NCBI GenBank assembly: GCA_040903745.1
Contig: JBBDUV010000063.1
Coordinates: 42,432-106,431, forward strand
Length of the DNA: 64,000 nucleotides
Direction of reading: 5' to 3'
Source: Bacteroidales bacterium
GTDB taxonomy: Bacteria > Bacteroidota > Bacteroidia > Bacteroidales > GCA-2748055
In this document: positions 11,483-20,425 of the stretch, one piece after another
Layout: each line of letters starts with the position of its first letter
Numbering within the stretch: position 1 is the first letter of the stretch
Notes under the pieces: model-generated
What the model was told of the DNA's origin: nothing
The model's database searches: none
Seen by the model: the letters and a program-made list of their open reading frames with translations, nothing else
Position numbers and translations under genes: made by a program

Positions 11483-11490
11483 CAAAGGTA
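11483..11490 (-). promoter_or_regulatory. Candidate Bacteroidota -7 promoter box (TAccTTTG) for rimP-nusA-infB
   Basis: It matches the TAnnTTTG consensus of Bacteroidetes primary-sigma promoters and lies about 60 nt upstream of the rimP ATG. Confidence 0.35.
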
Positions 11491-11571
11491 CAAATAATCA
11501 TATAATTACCAAAAATCCCGACCATTTTTCAACCATTTTTAAAAAGTGTTTAAACTTTTGATTTAATCCTT

Positions 11572-11579
11572 TACTTTTG
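11572..11579 (+). promoter_or_regulatory. Candidate -7 promoter box (TActTTTG) for the HD-domain gene
   Basis: A TAnnTTTG match 19 nt upstream of the ATG at 11598. It overlaps the TTG 'start' used in the ORF track, which argues for the ATG at 11598. Confidence 0.35.
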
Positions 11580-11597
11580 TCTGTCAATCGGAATCTC

Positions 11598-12848
11598 ATG
11601 AATTTACCACCCGTAAATAAATACAAGATCATCAATGACCCGGTGTATGGCTTCATTAAGATCAGGCATGAGATTATTTTTCATCTGATTGAACACCCTT
11701 TATTTCAAAGGCTTAGAAGAATACGGCAGTTGGGCATGACCCACTTTGTCTATCCCGGGGCCAACCACACCCGCTTTCAGCATGCACTGGGTGCTATGCA
11801 TCTGATGGAAGATGCCATTGAGTCGATCAGGGGCAAGGGACATGAGATAACGGATGAGGAGGCTGAAGCTGCAAATATCGCCATTCTGCTTCACGACATC
11901 GGTCACGGTCCATTTTCTCACACCCTGGAAAAGACGTTGATTCCCGACCTGCACCATGAAGAGATCTCGCTAATGATCATGGAAAAGCTTAACGAAGAAT
12001 TCAATGGGAGGCTTTCCCTGGCTATCCGTATATTCAAGAATGAATATCGGAAAAAATTCCTTCACCAGCTTGTTACCGGTCAGCTCGACGTTGACCGGCT
12101 CGATTATCTGCGACGCGACAGCTTTTTTACCGGTGTTACGGAGGGATCGATTGGTTCAGACCGAATCATAAAGATGTTGCAGGTTCATGATGATCAATTG
12201 GTAATAGAGGAGAAAGGCATTTATTCGATCGAGAAATTTTTGGTGGCCAGAAGACTCATGTACTGGCAGGTATACCTTCACAAGGGAGTGCTGGCAGGTG
12301 ATCAGTTACTTATCATGATGCTTCATCGGGCCAGGGATCTGGCTTCATCGGGCGAAAAATTGTTTGCCACACCTGCACTCGGGTACTTCCTTTATGGAAG
12401 GGGCGAATCGTTAAACGCGGGGAATAAAGCTGCGTTTCTGGAACATTTCAGTGCGCTTGACGATACCGATATTATCAGTGCTGCCAAGGTATGGAGCAAG
12501 TACGACGATCCTTTACTGCGCTATCTCTGTTCAGGGTTTATCCATCGAAAGTTGTTCCGTGTTGAGATCAGCGATCATCCTTTCAAAGCATCAAAAATCA
12601 GGATGGAACAAAAAAACGCAGCTGGTGCTCTTTCCATCCCGGTGTCTCTCGCTTCTTCCCTTGTAATATCAGATTCCATCAGCAACCATGCATACTCAAG
12701 CCTTGACGAAAACATAAAGATTCTTGGCAAAGATGGTGGTGTAAGGGATATTACCGAAGTTTCAGAGATCCTGAATGTGTCGGTGCTGTCCAGGCAGATC
12801 AAAAAATTTTACCTTTGTTATCCTAAAATCAGGCAGGAGCAGCAATAG
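11598..12848 (+). CDS. HD-domain phosphohydrolase (dNTP triphosphohydrolase-like)
   Basis: Contains the motifs 'RFQHALGAMHL' and 'LLHDIGHGPFSH', plus 'DVDRLDYLRRD', typical of the HD superfamily (SAMHD1/EF1143-like family). Confidence 0.7.
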   Translation: MNLPPVNKYKIINDPVYGFIKIRHEIIFHLIEHPLFQRLRRIRQLGMTHFVYPGANHTRFQHALGAMHLMEDAIESIRGKGHEITDEEAEAANIAILLHDIGHGPFSHTLEKTLIPDLHHEEISLMIMEKLNEEFNGRLSLAIRIFKNEYRKKFLHQLVTGQLDVDRLDYLRRDSFFTGVTEGSIGSDRIIKMLQVHDDQLVIEEKGIYSIEKFLVARRLMYWQVYLHKGVLAGDQLLIMMLHRARDLASSGEKLFATPALGYFLYGRGESLNAGNKAAFLEHFSALDDTDIISAAKVWSKYDDPLLRYLCSGFIHRKLFRVEISDHPFKASKIRMEQKNAAGALSIPVSLASSLVISDSISNHAYSSLDENIKILGKDGGVRDITEVSEILNVSVLSRQIKKFYLCYPKIRQEQQ

Positions 12849-12902
12849 TTTACATTTTCTGTCGTTATGAATGAATACCCCTAAACAGAAAACCAACTTT
12901 GA

Positions 12903-13949
12903 ATGAATTTCACTGCTAAAGAAATCGCAGCATTCCTGCGCGGCACGGTGGAAGGGAATCCGGAAGCAATCATCAATGATGTTGCCCGTATCGAGGAGGG
13001 AAGACCAGGAACCCTCTCATTCCTGGCGAACCCAAAATATGAAAAACATATCTACGATTCACAATCTTCGGTCGTTATTGTGAATGATGACTTTCAGCCC
13101 GGAAAGCCGGTCGGTGCAACGCTTGTCAGGGTAGAGAACGCTTATGAGGCCTTCGCTTCATTGCTTCAGCTTTATGAAGAGAATAAACCAAAGAAGAGAG
13201 GAATCAGTAAACTGGCAGCTATTGACGGGTCTGCTGAATTGGGTGCGAATATATACATTGGGGAATTTTCAGTGATCGGGGAAAATGTGGTAATTGAGGA
13301 TCATGTGATGATCTATCCCCAGGTATACATCGGTGACAACGTTAAAATTAAAAGCAATACAATACTTTACCCCGGGGTGAAAATCTATCACGATTGCATC
13401 ATCGGGAGCTCATGTATCTTCCATTCAGGAGCGGTTATCGGAGGTGACGGATTCGGATTTGCACCCGACAAAGAGAATAATTACAGCAAGGTGCCTCAGC
13501 TGGGGAATGTGATTATCGAAGATGATGTTGAGATCGGAGCCAATACGACGGTCGACAGAGCCACAATGGGATCAACCATCTTGCGAAAAGGGGTAAAACT
13601 GGACAACCTGATTATGGTGGCCCATAATGTAGAAATCGGAAAGAATACTGTTATTGCCGCGCAGACAGGTATATCGGGATCGACCAAGGTGGGAGAAAAT
13701 TGCCTGATGGGTGGACAGGTCGGTCTGGCGGGCCATATAGAAATTGCCAACGGTGTAAAAATCGGTGCACAGGCAGGAATTGGAAGTAGTGTTAAAAAAG
13801 AGGCGTCTGTGATCATGGGCTCTCCGGCTATTAATCTTTCATCCTTCTACAAGAGCTACGCTGTTTTCAGGAAGCTTCCAGAGCTGCGCAGACAGGTGAT
13901 CGATATTGAAAATGAGTTGAAAGAAAAAAGCAAGCGGGATGCGCTCTAA
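12903..13949 (+). CDS. lpxD: UDP-3-O-acylglucosamine N-acyltransferase
   Basis: 348 aa with the LpxD N-terminal domain followed by left-handed beta-helix hexapeptide repeats. It lies upstream of lpxC/fabZ-lpxA. Confidence 0.9.
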   Translation: MNFTAKEIAAFLRGTVEGNPEAIINDVARIEEGRPGTLSFLANPKYEKHIYDSQSSVVIVNDDFQPGKPVGATLVRVENAYEAFASLLQLYEENKPKKRGISKLAAIDGSAELGANIYIGEFSVIGENVVIEDHVMIYPQVYIGDNVKIKSNTILYPGVKIYHDCIIGSSCIFHSGAVIGGDGFGFAPDKENNYSKVPQLGNVIIEDDVEIGANTTVDRATMGSTILRKGVKLDNLIMVAHNVEIGKNTVIAAQTGISGSTKVGENCLMGGQVGLAGHIEIANGVKIGAQAGIGSSVKKEASVIMGSPAINLSSFYKSYAVFRKLPELRRQVIDIENELKEKSKRDAL

Positions 13950-14011
13950 GAGACGACTGAACATTGCTTTCTGTCAGGTGCTGTATATGTTAAAATTCTA
14001 TGTCTGAAAAA

Positions 14012-14019
14012 CCATAACC
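14012..14019 (+). promoter_or_regulatory. Candidate -7 promoter box (TAttTTTG) upstream of lpxC/fabZ
   Basis: A TAnnTTTG match 48 nt upstream of the ATG at 14067. Confidence 0.3.
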
Positions 14020-14066
14020 CTTATTTTTGTATCTTGCGGCGATTTTTAAAGTAAATATCTTCATCT

Positions 14067-15455
14067 ATGGCTGAAAAGCAGAGAACCCTCAAAGGTTCAA
14101 TCTCTTTTAAAGGAAAAGGACTACACACAGGAGAACTTGTTAACCTCACCATCCATCCTGCCCCGGAAAACCACGGATACTTGTTCAGGCGCACCGATTT
14201 AGCTGGTCAACCCGAGATAAGACCCTTCGCTGAAAATGTAACTGACACCTCCCGGGGAACCACCATTGAGGAAAACGAAGCGAAGGTATCAACCATCGAG
14301 CATGTGCTTTCAGCCCTTGCCGGTATGCGGCTCGACAATGCTCTCATGGAGATCGACGGACCGGAAGCTCCCATCATGGATGGCAGCGCAAGAGAGTACG
14401 TTGAAGCCATAGAGCAAATAGGTGTTGTTGAACAGGATGCTGAAAGGAAATATTTTAAGCTCAAGGAAAAAATCGAATACTATGATGAGGAGAGGGGTAT
14501 ACATATTATCGCTTATCCCGACCAGATGCAGAGCATCAATGTGCTCATCGATTACAACTCCGATATCCTTGGGAACCAATACGCCACACTTGAAAAGTGG
14601 GAGGACTTTAAGGAGCAGATCGCTCCCTGCAGAACATTTGTTTTCCTGCACGAGTTGGAACAACTTGCAAAACTTGGTCTGATCAAAGGGGGAGATCTCG
14701 ATAATGCGATTGTAATTGTGGATCATGAAATGCCTCAGGAAGATATAAACCGTTTATCTGACCTCTTCAAGCAGCCAAAAATCGAGGTTAAAGAAGGGAT
14801 TCTGAATAATGTCGAACTCCGATTTTCCAATGAACCTGCCCGTCACAAAATGCTCGACATGATTGGCGATCTGGCTTTGGTCGGACGCTGGTTCAAGGCA
14901 AAGATCATTGCAACCCGCCCTGGCCATATGGCGAATGTCGAATTTGCCAAGCTTCTTAGACAAACAATGAAGAAGCAATTGCTAAAAAAAAATATTCCAC
15001 TGTATGATCCCAGAAAGGCACCGGTATATGATATAAAACAGATCATGCAAAAACTGCCGCACAGACCTCCCATTTTGCTGATCGACAAGACCATTTACCT
15101 CGATGATAAGCAGGTAGTATGCATCAAAAATGTGTCAATGAACGAGCCCTTCTTTGTCGGACATTTCCCTTCAGAACCTGTTATGCCGGGAGTTCTGCTG
15201 ATTGAGGCCCTTGCTCAGGCCGGAGGTATGCTTATCCTGGGAATGGTCCCGGATCCGGAAAACTACTCCACCTATTTCATGAAAATTGACAAGGTAAAAT
15301 TCAAAGCAAAAGTTGTGCCTGGAGACACACTCATCCTTAAAATGGATTTGCTCTCTCCTGTTCGAAGAGGAATAGCAGTAATGTTTGGCGAGATATTTGT
15401 AGGTGAAAGGCTTGTCTGTGAAGGAGAATTAATGGCCCAGATCGTAAAAGAATAA
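14067..15455 (+). CDS. lpxC: Bifunctional UDP-3-O-acyl-GlcNAc deacetylase / 3-hydroxyacyl-ACP dehydratase (LpxC-FabZ fusion)
   Basis: 462 aa. The N-terminal part is LpxC ('GKGLHTG', 'TIEHVLSAL'). The C-terminal part is the FabZ hot-dog fold ('LPHRPPILLID', 'FFVGHFP..PVMPGVL'). This fusion is characteristic of Bacteroidota. Confidence 0.9.
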   Translation: MAEKQRTLKGSISFKGKGLHTGELVNLTIHPAPENHGYLFRRTDLAGQPEIRPFAENVTDTSRGTTIEENEAKVSTIEHVLSALAGMRLDNALMEIDGPEAPIMDGSAREYVEAIEQIGVVEQDAERKYFKLKEKIEYYDEERGIHIIAYPDQMQSINVLIDYNSDILGNQYATLEKWEDFKEQIAPCRTFVFLHELEQLAKLGLIKGGDLDNAIVIVDHEMPQEDINRLSDLFKQPKIEVKEGILNNVELRFSNEPARHKMLDMIGDLALVGRWFKAKIIATRPGHMANVEFAKLLRQTMKKQLLKKNIPLYDPRKAPVYDIKQIMQKLPHRPPILLIDKTIYLDDKQVVCIKNVSMNEPFFVGHFPSEPVMPGVLLIEALAQAGGMLILGMVPDPENYSTYFMKIDKVKFKAKVVPGDTLILKMDLLSPVRRGIAVMFGEIFVGERLVCEGELMAQIVKE

Positions 15456-15467
15456 AATACCGTATAT

Positions 15468-16262
15468 ATGACCCAGCCCGTTGCAAATATCCATCCCAAT
15501 GCCAAACTTGGAAAAAATGTAAAAGTTGAACCATTTGCCACGATCTGTGAAAACGTAGAAATTGGTGACGATACATGGATCGGTCCAAATGCTATTCTGA
15601 TGCCTGGAACACGTATTGGAAAAAATTGTAAAGTATTTCCCGGAGCAGTGATCTCAGCAGATCCGCAGGACCTGAAATTCGAAGGAGAATATACCACCGT
15701 TGAAATCGGGGACCATACTACCATCCGTGAATTCGTTACCATTAACAAGGGCACAAAAACCAGGGGGAAAACGGTAGTAGGCAGCTATTGCCTGCTCATG
15801 TCCTATGTCCATATTGCCCACGATTGTATTGTGCATGATCGCGTGATCATTGGCAGCTACGCAGGTTTGGCGGGTGAAGTTGAGGTCGACAACTGGGCGA
15901 TTGTGAGTCCGGGCAGCCTGGTACACCAGTTCGTCAGGATAGGTTCCCATGTCATGATTCAGGGAGGAAGCAAAGTCACCAAGGATGTGCCACCCTACAT
16001 CCTGGCCGGACGTGAGCCGCTCTCCTTCACCGGGATCAACTCCATCGGACTCCGCAGAAAAAACTTTAATAATGACATCATTTATGCGATACAGGAGGTT
16101 TACAGAATCATTTACCAGCGGGGACTAAATATCTCCGACGCACTCGATTTTATCGATGTTAACCTTCCTGCATCAAATGAAAGAGACGAAATCGTACTCT
16201 TTGTGCGTGAATCCAAACGAGGGATTATTAAAGGCTATTTCGACGGAGAGAAGGAGGAGTAG
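15468..16262 (+). CDS. lpxA: Acyl-ACP--UDP-GlcNAc O-acyltransferase
   Basis: 264 aa with hexapeptide repeats and the LpxA C-terminal helical domain. It is the last gene of the lpxD-lpxC/fabZ-lpxA cluster. Confidence 0.9.
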   Translation: MTQPVANIHPNAKLGKNVKVEPFATICENVEIGDDTWIGPNAILMPGTRIGKNCKVFPGAVISADPQDLKFEGEYTTVEIGDHTTIREFVTINKGTKTRGKTVVGSYCLLMSYVHIAHDCIVHDRVIIGSYAGLAGEVEVDNWAIVSPGSLVHQFVRIGSHVMIQGGSKVTKDVPPYILAGREPLSFTGINSIGLRRKNFNNDIIYAIQEVYRIIYQRGLNISDALDFIDVNLPASNERDEIVLFVRESKRGIIKGYFDGEKEE

Positions 16263-16317
16263 CTCTTCCATCTGAATTACTTTTGAAGATCGGCTATCCT
16301 CCGATTTAGCAGCACGA

Positions 16318-17355
16318 TCAACCCTTGTATGCCTGCCAGCCCTGCGCTTTCAATTTAATACCATTCCCTTCAGGGGTCATCATAATAGCCGTCCCCTTAT
16401 GCTCTGTAATATTACCAATAATACTGATCCCGGGGATAGTTTTAACCCTGTCGTGTGCCGATAGAGGTATCGTGAATAACAGTTCATAATCCTCTCCTCC
16501 GTTTAATGCGGGAATCAATGGCTCCAATTGAAACTCATCGGCAGCAAGCTGAACCTCCATGCTCACAGGCAGCTGGTCCTGATAGATCACCACACCACAA
16601 TCCGATTGCCTGCAAATATGAAGCAACTCGGAGGATAGTCCGTCGCTGATATCAATCATTGAGGTGGGCTGCACATCTACCTCTTTTAACTTGAGTAATG
16701 CCTCCACCCTTACTTCAGGCTTTAGAAATCTCCCCACGATATACTCGTAATCACCGAGTTTTGGCTGGATCTGGTTGTCTTCCTGAAAAATCTTTTTCTC
16801 CCGTTCCAGTACCTGTAGTCCCATGTAAGCGGCGCCAAGATCACCGGTAACACATATGAGGTTGTTGACCTGTGCTCCGCTGCGGTAAACGACCTCCCTT
16901 TTTGAAGCAGTGCCCAGGGCAGTAACCGAGATCATCAGCCCGGTCATAGAGGCCGATGTGTCACCTCCGATCAGGTCAACGCCATACTGACTGCAGGCGA
17001 GATGTACCCCTTCATAAAACTGCTCCAGCGCTTCAACCGAAAACTTCCCAGACAGAGCGATCGACACGGTTACCTGCCGCGGAACAGCGTTCATCGCGTA
17101 TATATCCGAAATATTTACGATAACTGACTTGTAGCCAAGGTGTTTCAAAGGGGTATACATCAGGTCGAAATGGATCCCCTCTACCAACAGATCGGTGGTG
17201 ACCACCTGGCACCGATCACCAAAATCGATCACCGCTGCATCGTCACCCACCCCTTTCAGTGTCGAATCCTGGTATTTCCTGATATTCTTTGTAAGGTGTT
17301 CGATCAGCCCGAACTCCCCTAGCTCTTCTATTGTTCTTAACCGCTGTTTTGTCAT
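16318..17355 (-). CDS. thiL: Thiamine-monophosphate kinase
   Basis: The AIR-synthase-related fold motifs 'GEFGLIEHL' and 'GVGDDAAVI...TTDLLVEGIHF' are present. The start is taken at the internal Met 'MTKQRLRT'; the 40-aa upstream extension has no family similarity. Confidence 0.8.
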   Translation of the reverse strand: MTKQRLRTIEELGEFGLIEHLTKNIRKYQDSTLKGVGDDAAVIDFGDRCQVVTTDLLVEGIHFDLMYTPLKHLGYKSVIVNISDIYAMNAVPRQVTVSIALSGKFSVEALEQFYEGVHLACSQYGVDLIGGDTSASMTGLMISVTALGTASKREVVYRSGAQVNNLICVTGDLGAAYMGLQVLEREKKIFQEDNQIQPKLGDYEYIVGRFLKPEVRVEALLKLKEVDVQPTSMIDISDGLSSELLHICRQSDCGVVIYQDQLPVSMEVQLAADEFQLEPLIPALNGGEDYELLFTIPLSAHDRVKTIPGISIIGNITEHKGTAIMMTPEGNGIKLKAQGWQAYKG

Positions 17356-17551
17356 CGAATTAACAGTTGTGTTTTCATCTACCGCATTCTGCTTCCCTCC
17401 AATTCCGGAAACAATATCTATATCTATCCCTACCCCGTGACAGATCTTCATCAGCATGATTACTTCATGGGTCAACCGGTATGCTATCTATACCATAATT
17501 GTTAAAAATTCTCCTATATCAGCATGTTAAGCTGATCCGCATGAACAAAAC

Positions 17552-17575
17552 CATTTGTACAGTGTAGTACAAATG
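17552..17575. promoter_or_regulatory. Perfect 9-bp inverted repeat (CATTTGTAC-N6-GTACAAATG), candidate operator of the suf operon
   Basis: Read directly from the sequence. It lies 17-40 nt upstream of the candidate -7 box at 17592-17599. Confidence 0.3.
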
Positions 17576-17591
17576 TAAGGACAAGTTTTTG

Positions 17592-17599
17592 TATATTTG
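17592..17599 (+). promoter_or_regulatory. Candidate -7 promoter box (TAtaTTTG) for sufB
   Basis: A TAnnTTTG match 58 nt upstream of the sufB ATG. Confidence 0.35.
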
Positions 17600-17656
17600 C
17601 GTCTGTTTTAAATTAATCTATTTAAAGCCGGGCAGAACATAAAAAGATGGAGAAAT

Positions 17657-19105
17657 ATGGCAACTGATCAAGATAAAATATTAAGTGAAGTTACAAATAA
17701 CGAGTATAAATTTGGTTTTGAAACACTCATTGAAACAGATACCCTGCCCCCGGGATTAAATGAGGATGTGGTCAGGGCGATCTCAGTGAAAAAGGAGGAG
17801 CCTGAATGGCTCACTGAATTCAGGCTGAAGGCTTACAGGCACTGGCTTACCATGAAGATGCCCGAATGGGCACACCTTGTTATTCCGGAGATCAGCTACA
17901 ACGATATCATCTATTATGCCGCACCGCGGAGAAACGCTAAATATGAGAGCATGGATGAAGTGGATCCTGAATTGATCGATACGTTCAATAAGCTGGGGAT
18001 TCCGCTGGAAGAGCAGAAACAGCTCGCCGGAGTAGCAGTCGACGCAGTGATGGACAGCATCTCTGTGAAAACCACGTTTTCTGAGACCCTCGCCGACCTG
18101 GGGATTATCTTTTGCTCGTTTAGCGATGCAGTGAAAAATTATCCCGACCTGGTGAAAAAATACATGGGCAGCGTAGTACCCTATACCGATAATTTCTTTG
18201 CAGCACTGAACTCAGCGGTGTTCAGCGACGGATCTTTCTGCTTCATCCCCAAAGGGGTGCGTTGTCCGATGGAGCTGTCGACCTACTTCAGGATCAACGC
18301 AGCCAATACAGGCCAGTTCGAACGTACTTTGATTATCGCAGAGGATGACTCCTATGTGAGTTATCTGGAAGGATGTACGGCACCCCGGCGGGATGAAAAC
18401 CAGCTTCATGCCGCCATCGTAGAGATCGTGGCCCTGGAAAATGCAGAGGTGAAATATTCAACCGTACAAAACTGGTACCCGGGCGATAAAAACGGCAAGG
18501 GAGGTGTTTACAATTTCGTTACAAAACGAGGAATCTGTAAGGGTGATAACTCAAAAATTTCGTGGACCCAGGTTGAGACAGGTTCGGCAGTTACCTGGAA
18601 ATACCCCAGTTGTATTTTGAAAGGCGATAATTCGACCGGTGAATTTTATTCCGTGGCAGTTACAAACAACCACCAACAGGCCGATACCGGCACCAAAATG
18701 ACACATATCGGGAAAAATACAAAAAGCATCGTTATCTCCAAGGGGATCAGTGCAGGAGTAGGCCAGAATTCTTACCGTGGACTGGTAAAGGTGCTGAAAG
18801 GTGCCGAGAATGCCAGGAATTTTTCACAGTGCGACAGCCTGCTGCTGGGGAATAAGTGTGGGGCGCATACCTTCCCCTACCTGGAGGCCGATAACGACAC
18901 AGCAATCGTGGAGCATGAGGCAACCACCTCGAAGATCGGGGAGGACCAGATTTTTTACTGTAACCAGAGGGGGATCGATACTGAGATCGCTATCGGACTG
19001 ATCGTCAACGGTTACGCCAAAGAGGTGCTGAATAAGCTGCCGATGGAGTTTGCCGTAGAGGCACAGAAATTATTGGCCATAACATTAGAAGGCAGTGTGG
19101 GGTAG
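17657..19105 (+). CDS. sufB: Fe-S cluster assembly scaffold SufB
   Basis: 482 aa, highly conserved SufB sequence ('YSTVQNWY', '[13 protein letters not shown]'). Confidence 0.95.
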   Translation: MATDQDKILSEVTNNEYKFGFETLIETDTLPPGLNEDVVRAISVKKEEPEWLTEFRLKAYRHWLTMKMPEWAHLVIPEISYNDIIYYAAPRRNAKYESMDEVDPELIDTFNKLGIPLEEQKQLAGVAVDAVMDSISVKTTFSETLADLGIIFCSFSDAVKNYPDLVKKYMGSVVPYTDNFFAALNSAVFSDGSFCFIPKGVRCPMELSTYFRINAANTGQFERTLIIAEDDSYVSYLEGCTAPRRDENQLHAAIVEIVALENAEVKYSTVQNWYPGDKNGKGGVYNFVTKRGICKGDNSKISWTQVETGSAVTWKYPSCILKGDNSTGEFYSVAVTNNHQQADTGTKMTHIGKNTKSIVISKGISAGVGQNSYRGLVKVLKGAENARNFSQCDSLLLGNKCGAHTFPYLEADNDTAIVEHEATTSKIGEDQIFYCNQRGIDTEIAIGLIVNGYAKEVLNKLPMEFAVEAQKLLAITLEGSVG

Positions 19106-19115
19106 GGAAGAGACG

Positions 19116-19389
19116 TACAGACATGTCGCTCCTAACGGAGCTGGGGGTTTCATGTGGGCAGATTGTTTTACAGACATTCCTTCTACAGACATTCCTTCTA
19201 CAGACATGTCGCTCCTAACGGAGCTGAGGGTTTCATGTGGGCAGATTGTTCTACAGACATGTCGCTCCTAACGGAGCTGAAAAAAAGCTCCGTAGGAGCG
19301 ACATGTCTGTAGCAGGCAGATACAAACAGGACAGATCAAGCCCCGTTAGGGGCGACATGTATAGCCCCATTAGGGGCGCAACGTCTGTA
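19116..19389. repeat. Array of REP/MITE-like hairpin repeats (core CTACAGACATGTCGCTCC-TAAC-GGAGC) inside the sufB-sufC spacer
   Basis: Contents: two 52-nt forward units (19116-19168 and 19199-19250), two 15-nt partial units, a third forward unit, and three inverted units. Units 19251-19278 and 19286-19312 form a 27/28-bp inverted repeat. Confidence 0.85.
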
Positions 19390-19427
19390 AAGAAAGATTT
19401 AATTGACTAATAATTATAATATACAAA

Positions 19428-20186
19428 ATGCTTAAAATAAAAAACTTAAGAGTCAGCATAGAAGGAAAAGAGATCCTCAAAGGCATCAACCTGCACGTAA
19501 AACCCGGAGAGGTACATGCCATCATGGGACCCAACGGTTCCGGAAAAAGCACCCTTGCCTCCGCGCTTGCCGGAAACGAAAACTTTGAAATCACCGAGGG
19601 AGAGGTGGAATATATGGGTAAGGACCTCCTCGAACTCTCCCCCGAAAACCGTGCCCGTGAAGGGATGTTCCTGGGTTTCCAGTACCCGGTCGAGATCCCA
19701 GGGGTTAGTATGGTCAATTTCCTTAGAACAGCCATCAACGAGCAGCGAAAATACCGGGACGAAGAGCCTCTGTCGGCTGGTGAATTCCTGAAACTGATGC
19801 GGGAAAAGAAAAACCTTGTTGAGATCGATTCTGATCTCACGAGCCGTTCCGTCAACGAAGGTTTCTCCGGCGGGGAGAAAAAGAAGAACGAGATCTTCCA
19901 GATGGCCCTGCTCAATCCGAAACTTTCTATTCTCGACGAAACTGACTCCGGATTGGATATCGATGCCCTGCGAATTGTGGCTCTCGGTGTCAATAAACTA
20001 AAAACAAAAGACAATGCCACCATAGTAATTACACACTACCAACGGCTGCTTGAATATATCGTTCCCGATTTTGTTCATGTACTGTATAATGGCAGAATCG
20101 TAAAATCGGGAGACAAGAGCCTGGCACTTAAACTGGAAGAGAAGGGCTATGACTGGATCAGGCTCGCAGCTGAAGCAGAGGTATAA
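19428..20186 (+). CDS. sufC: Fe-S cluster assembly ATPase SufC
   Basis: 252 aa ABC ATPase with Walker A 'GPNGSGKST', the signature 'FSGGEKK' and Walker B 'LSILDE'. Confidence 0.95.
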   Translation: MLKIKNLRVSIEGKEILKGINLHVKPGEVHAIMGPNGSGKSTLASALAGNENFEITEGEVEYMGKDLLELSPENRAREGMFLGFQYPVEIPGVSMVNFLRTAINEQRKYRDEEPLSAGEFLKLMREKKNLVEIDSDLTSRSVNEGFSGGEKKKNEIFQMALLNPKLSILDETDSGLDIDALRIVALGVNKLKTKDNATIVITHYQRLLEYIVPDFVHVLYNGRIVKSGDKSLALKLEEKGYDWIRLAAEAEV

Positions 20187-20425
20187 CAGGGAGTAAATGC
20201 GAATTTTTAAATGAGTCAACAGTAGATTATTATAAAGTGACAGCATATTTATTATCGTGTACCAGGTATAATTTGCAAATAAAGTCAAGTGGCTGGATCA
20301 TTATATTCAAGAATAAGGAGCGTAAAAAAAACTACAGTATACATAAGTATTAGAGAATTTAAATGTTTGCAGCGACTCAAATATCGAACATGATGGATAT
20401 ACACCAAAACAAAGGAATTATATAG

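Noticed and set aside
19116-19389. Possible CRISPR arrays here, at 23891-24102 and at 43952-44023.
   Set aside because: There is no alternation of constant repeats with unique spacers of 25-40 nt. The units are contiguous, partly inverted or only 13-15 nt long, and no cas genes are in the window.
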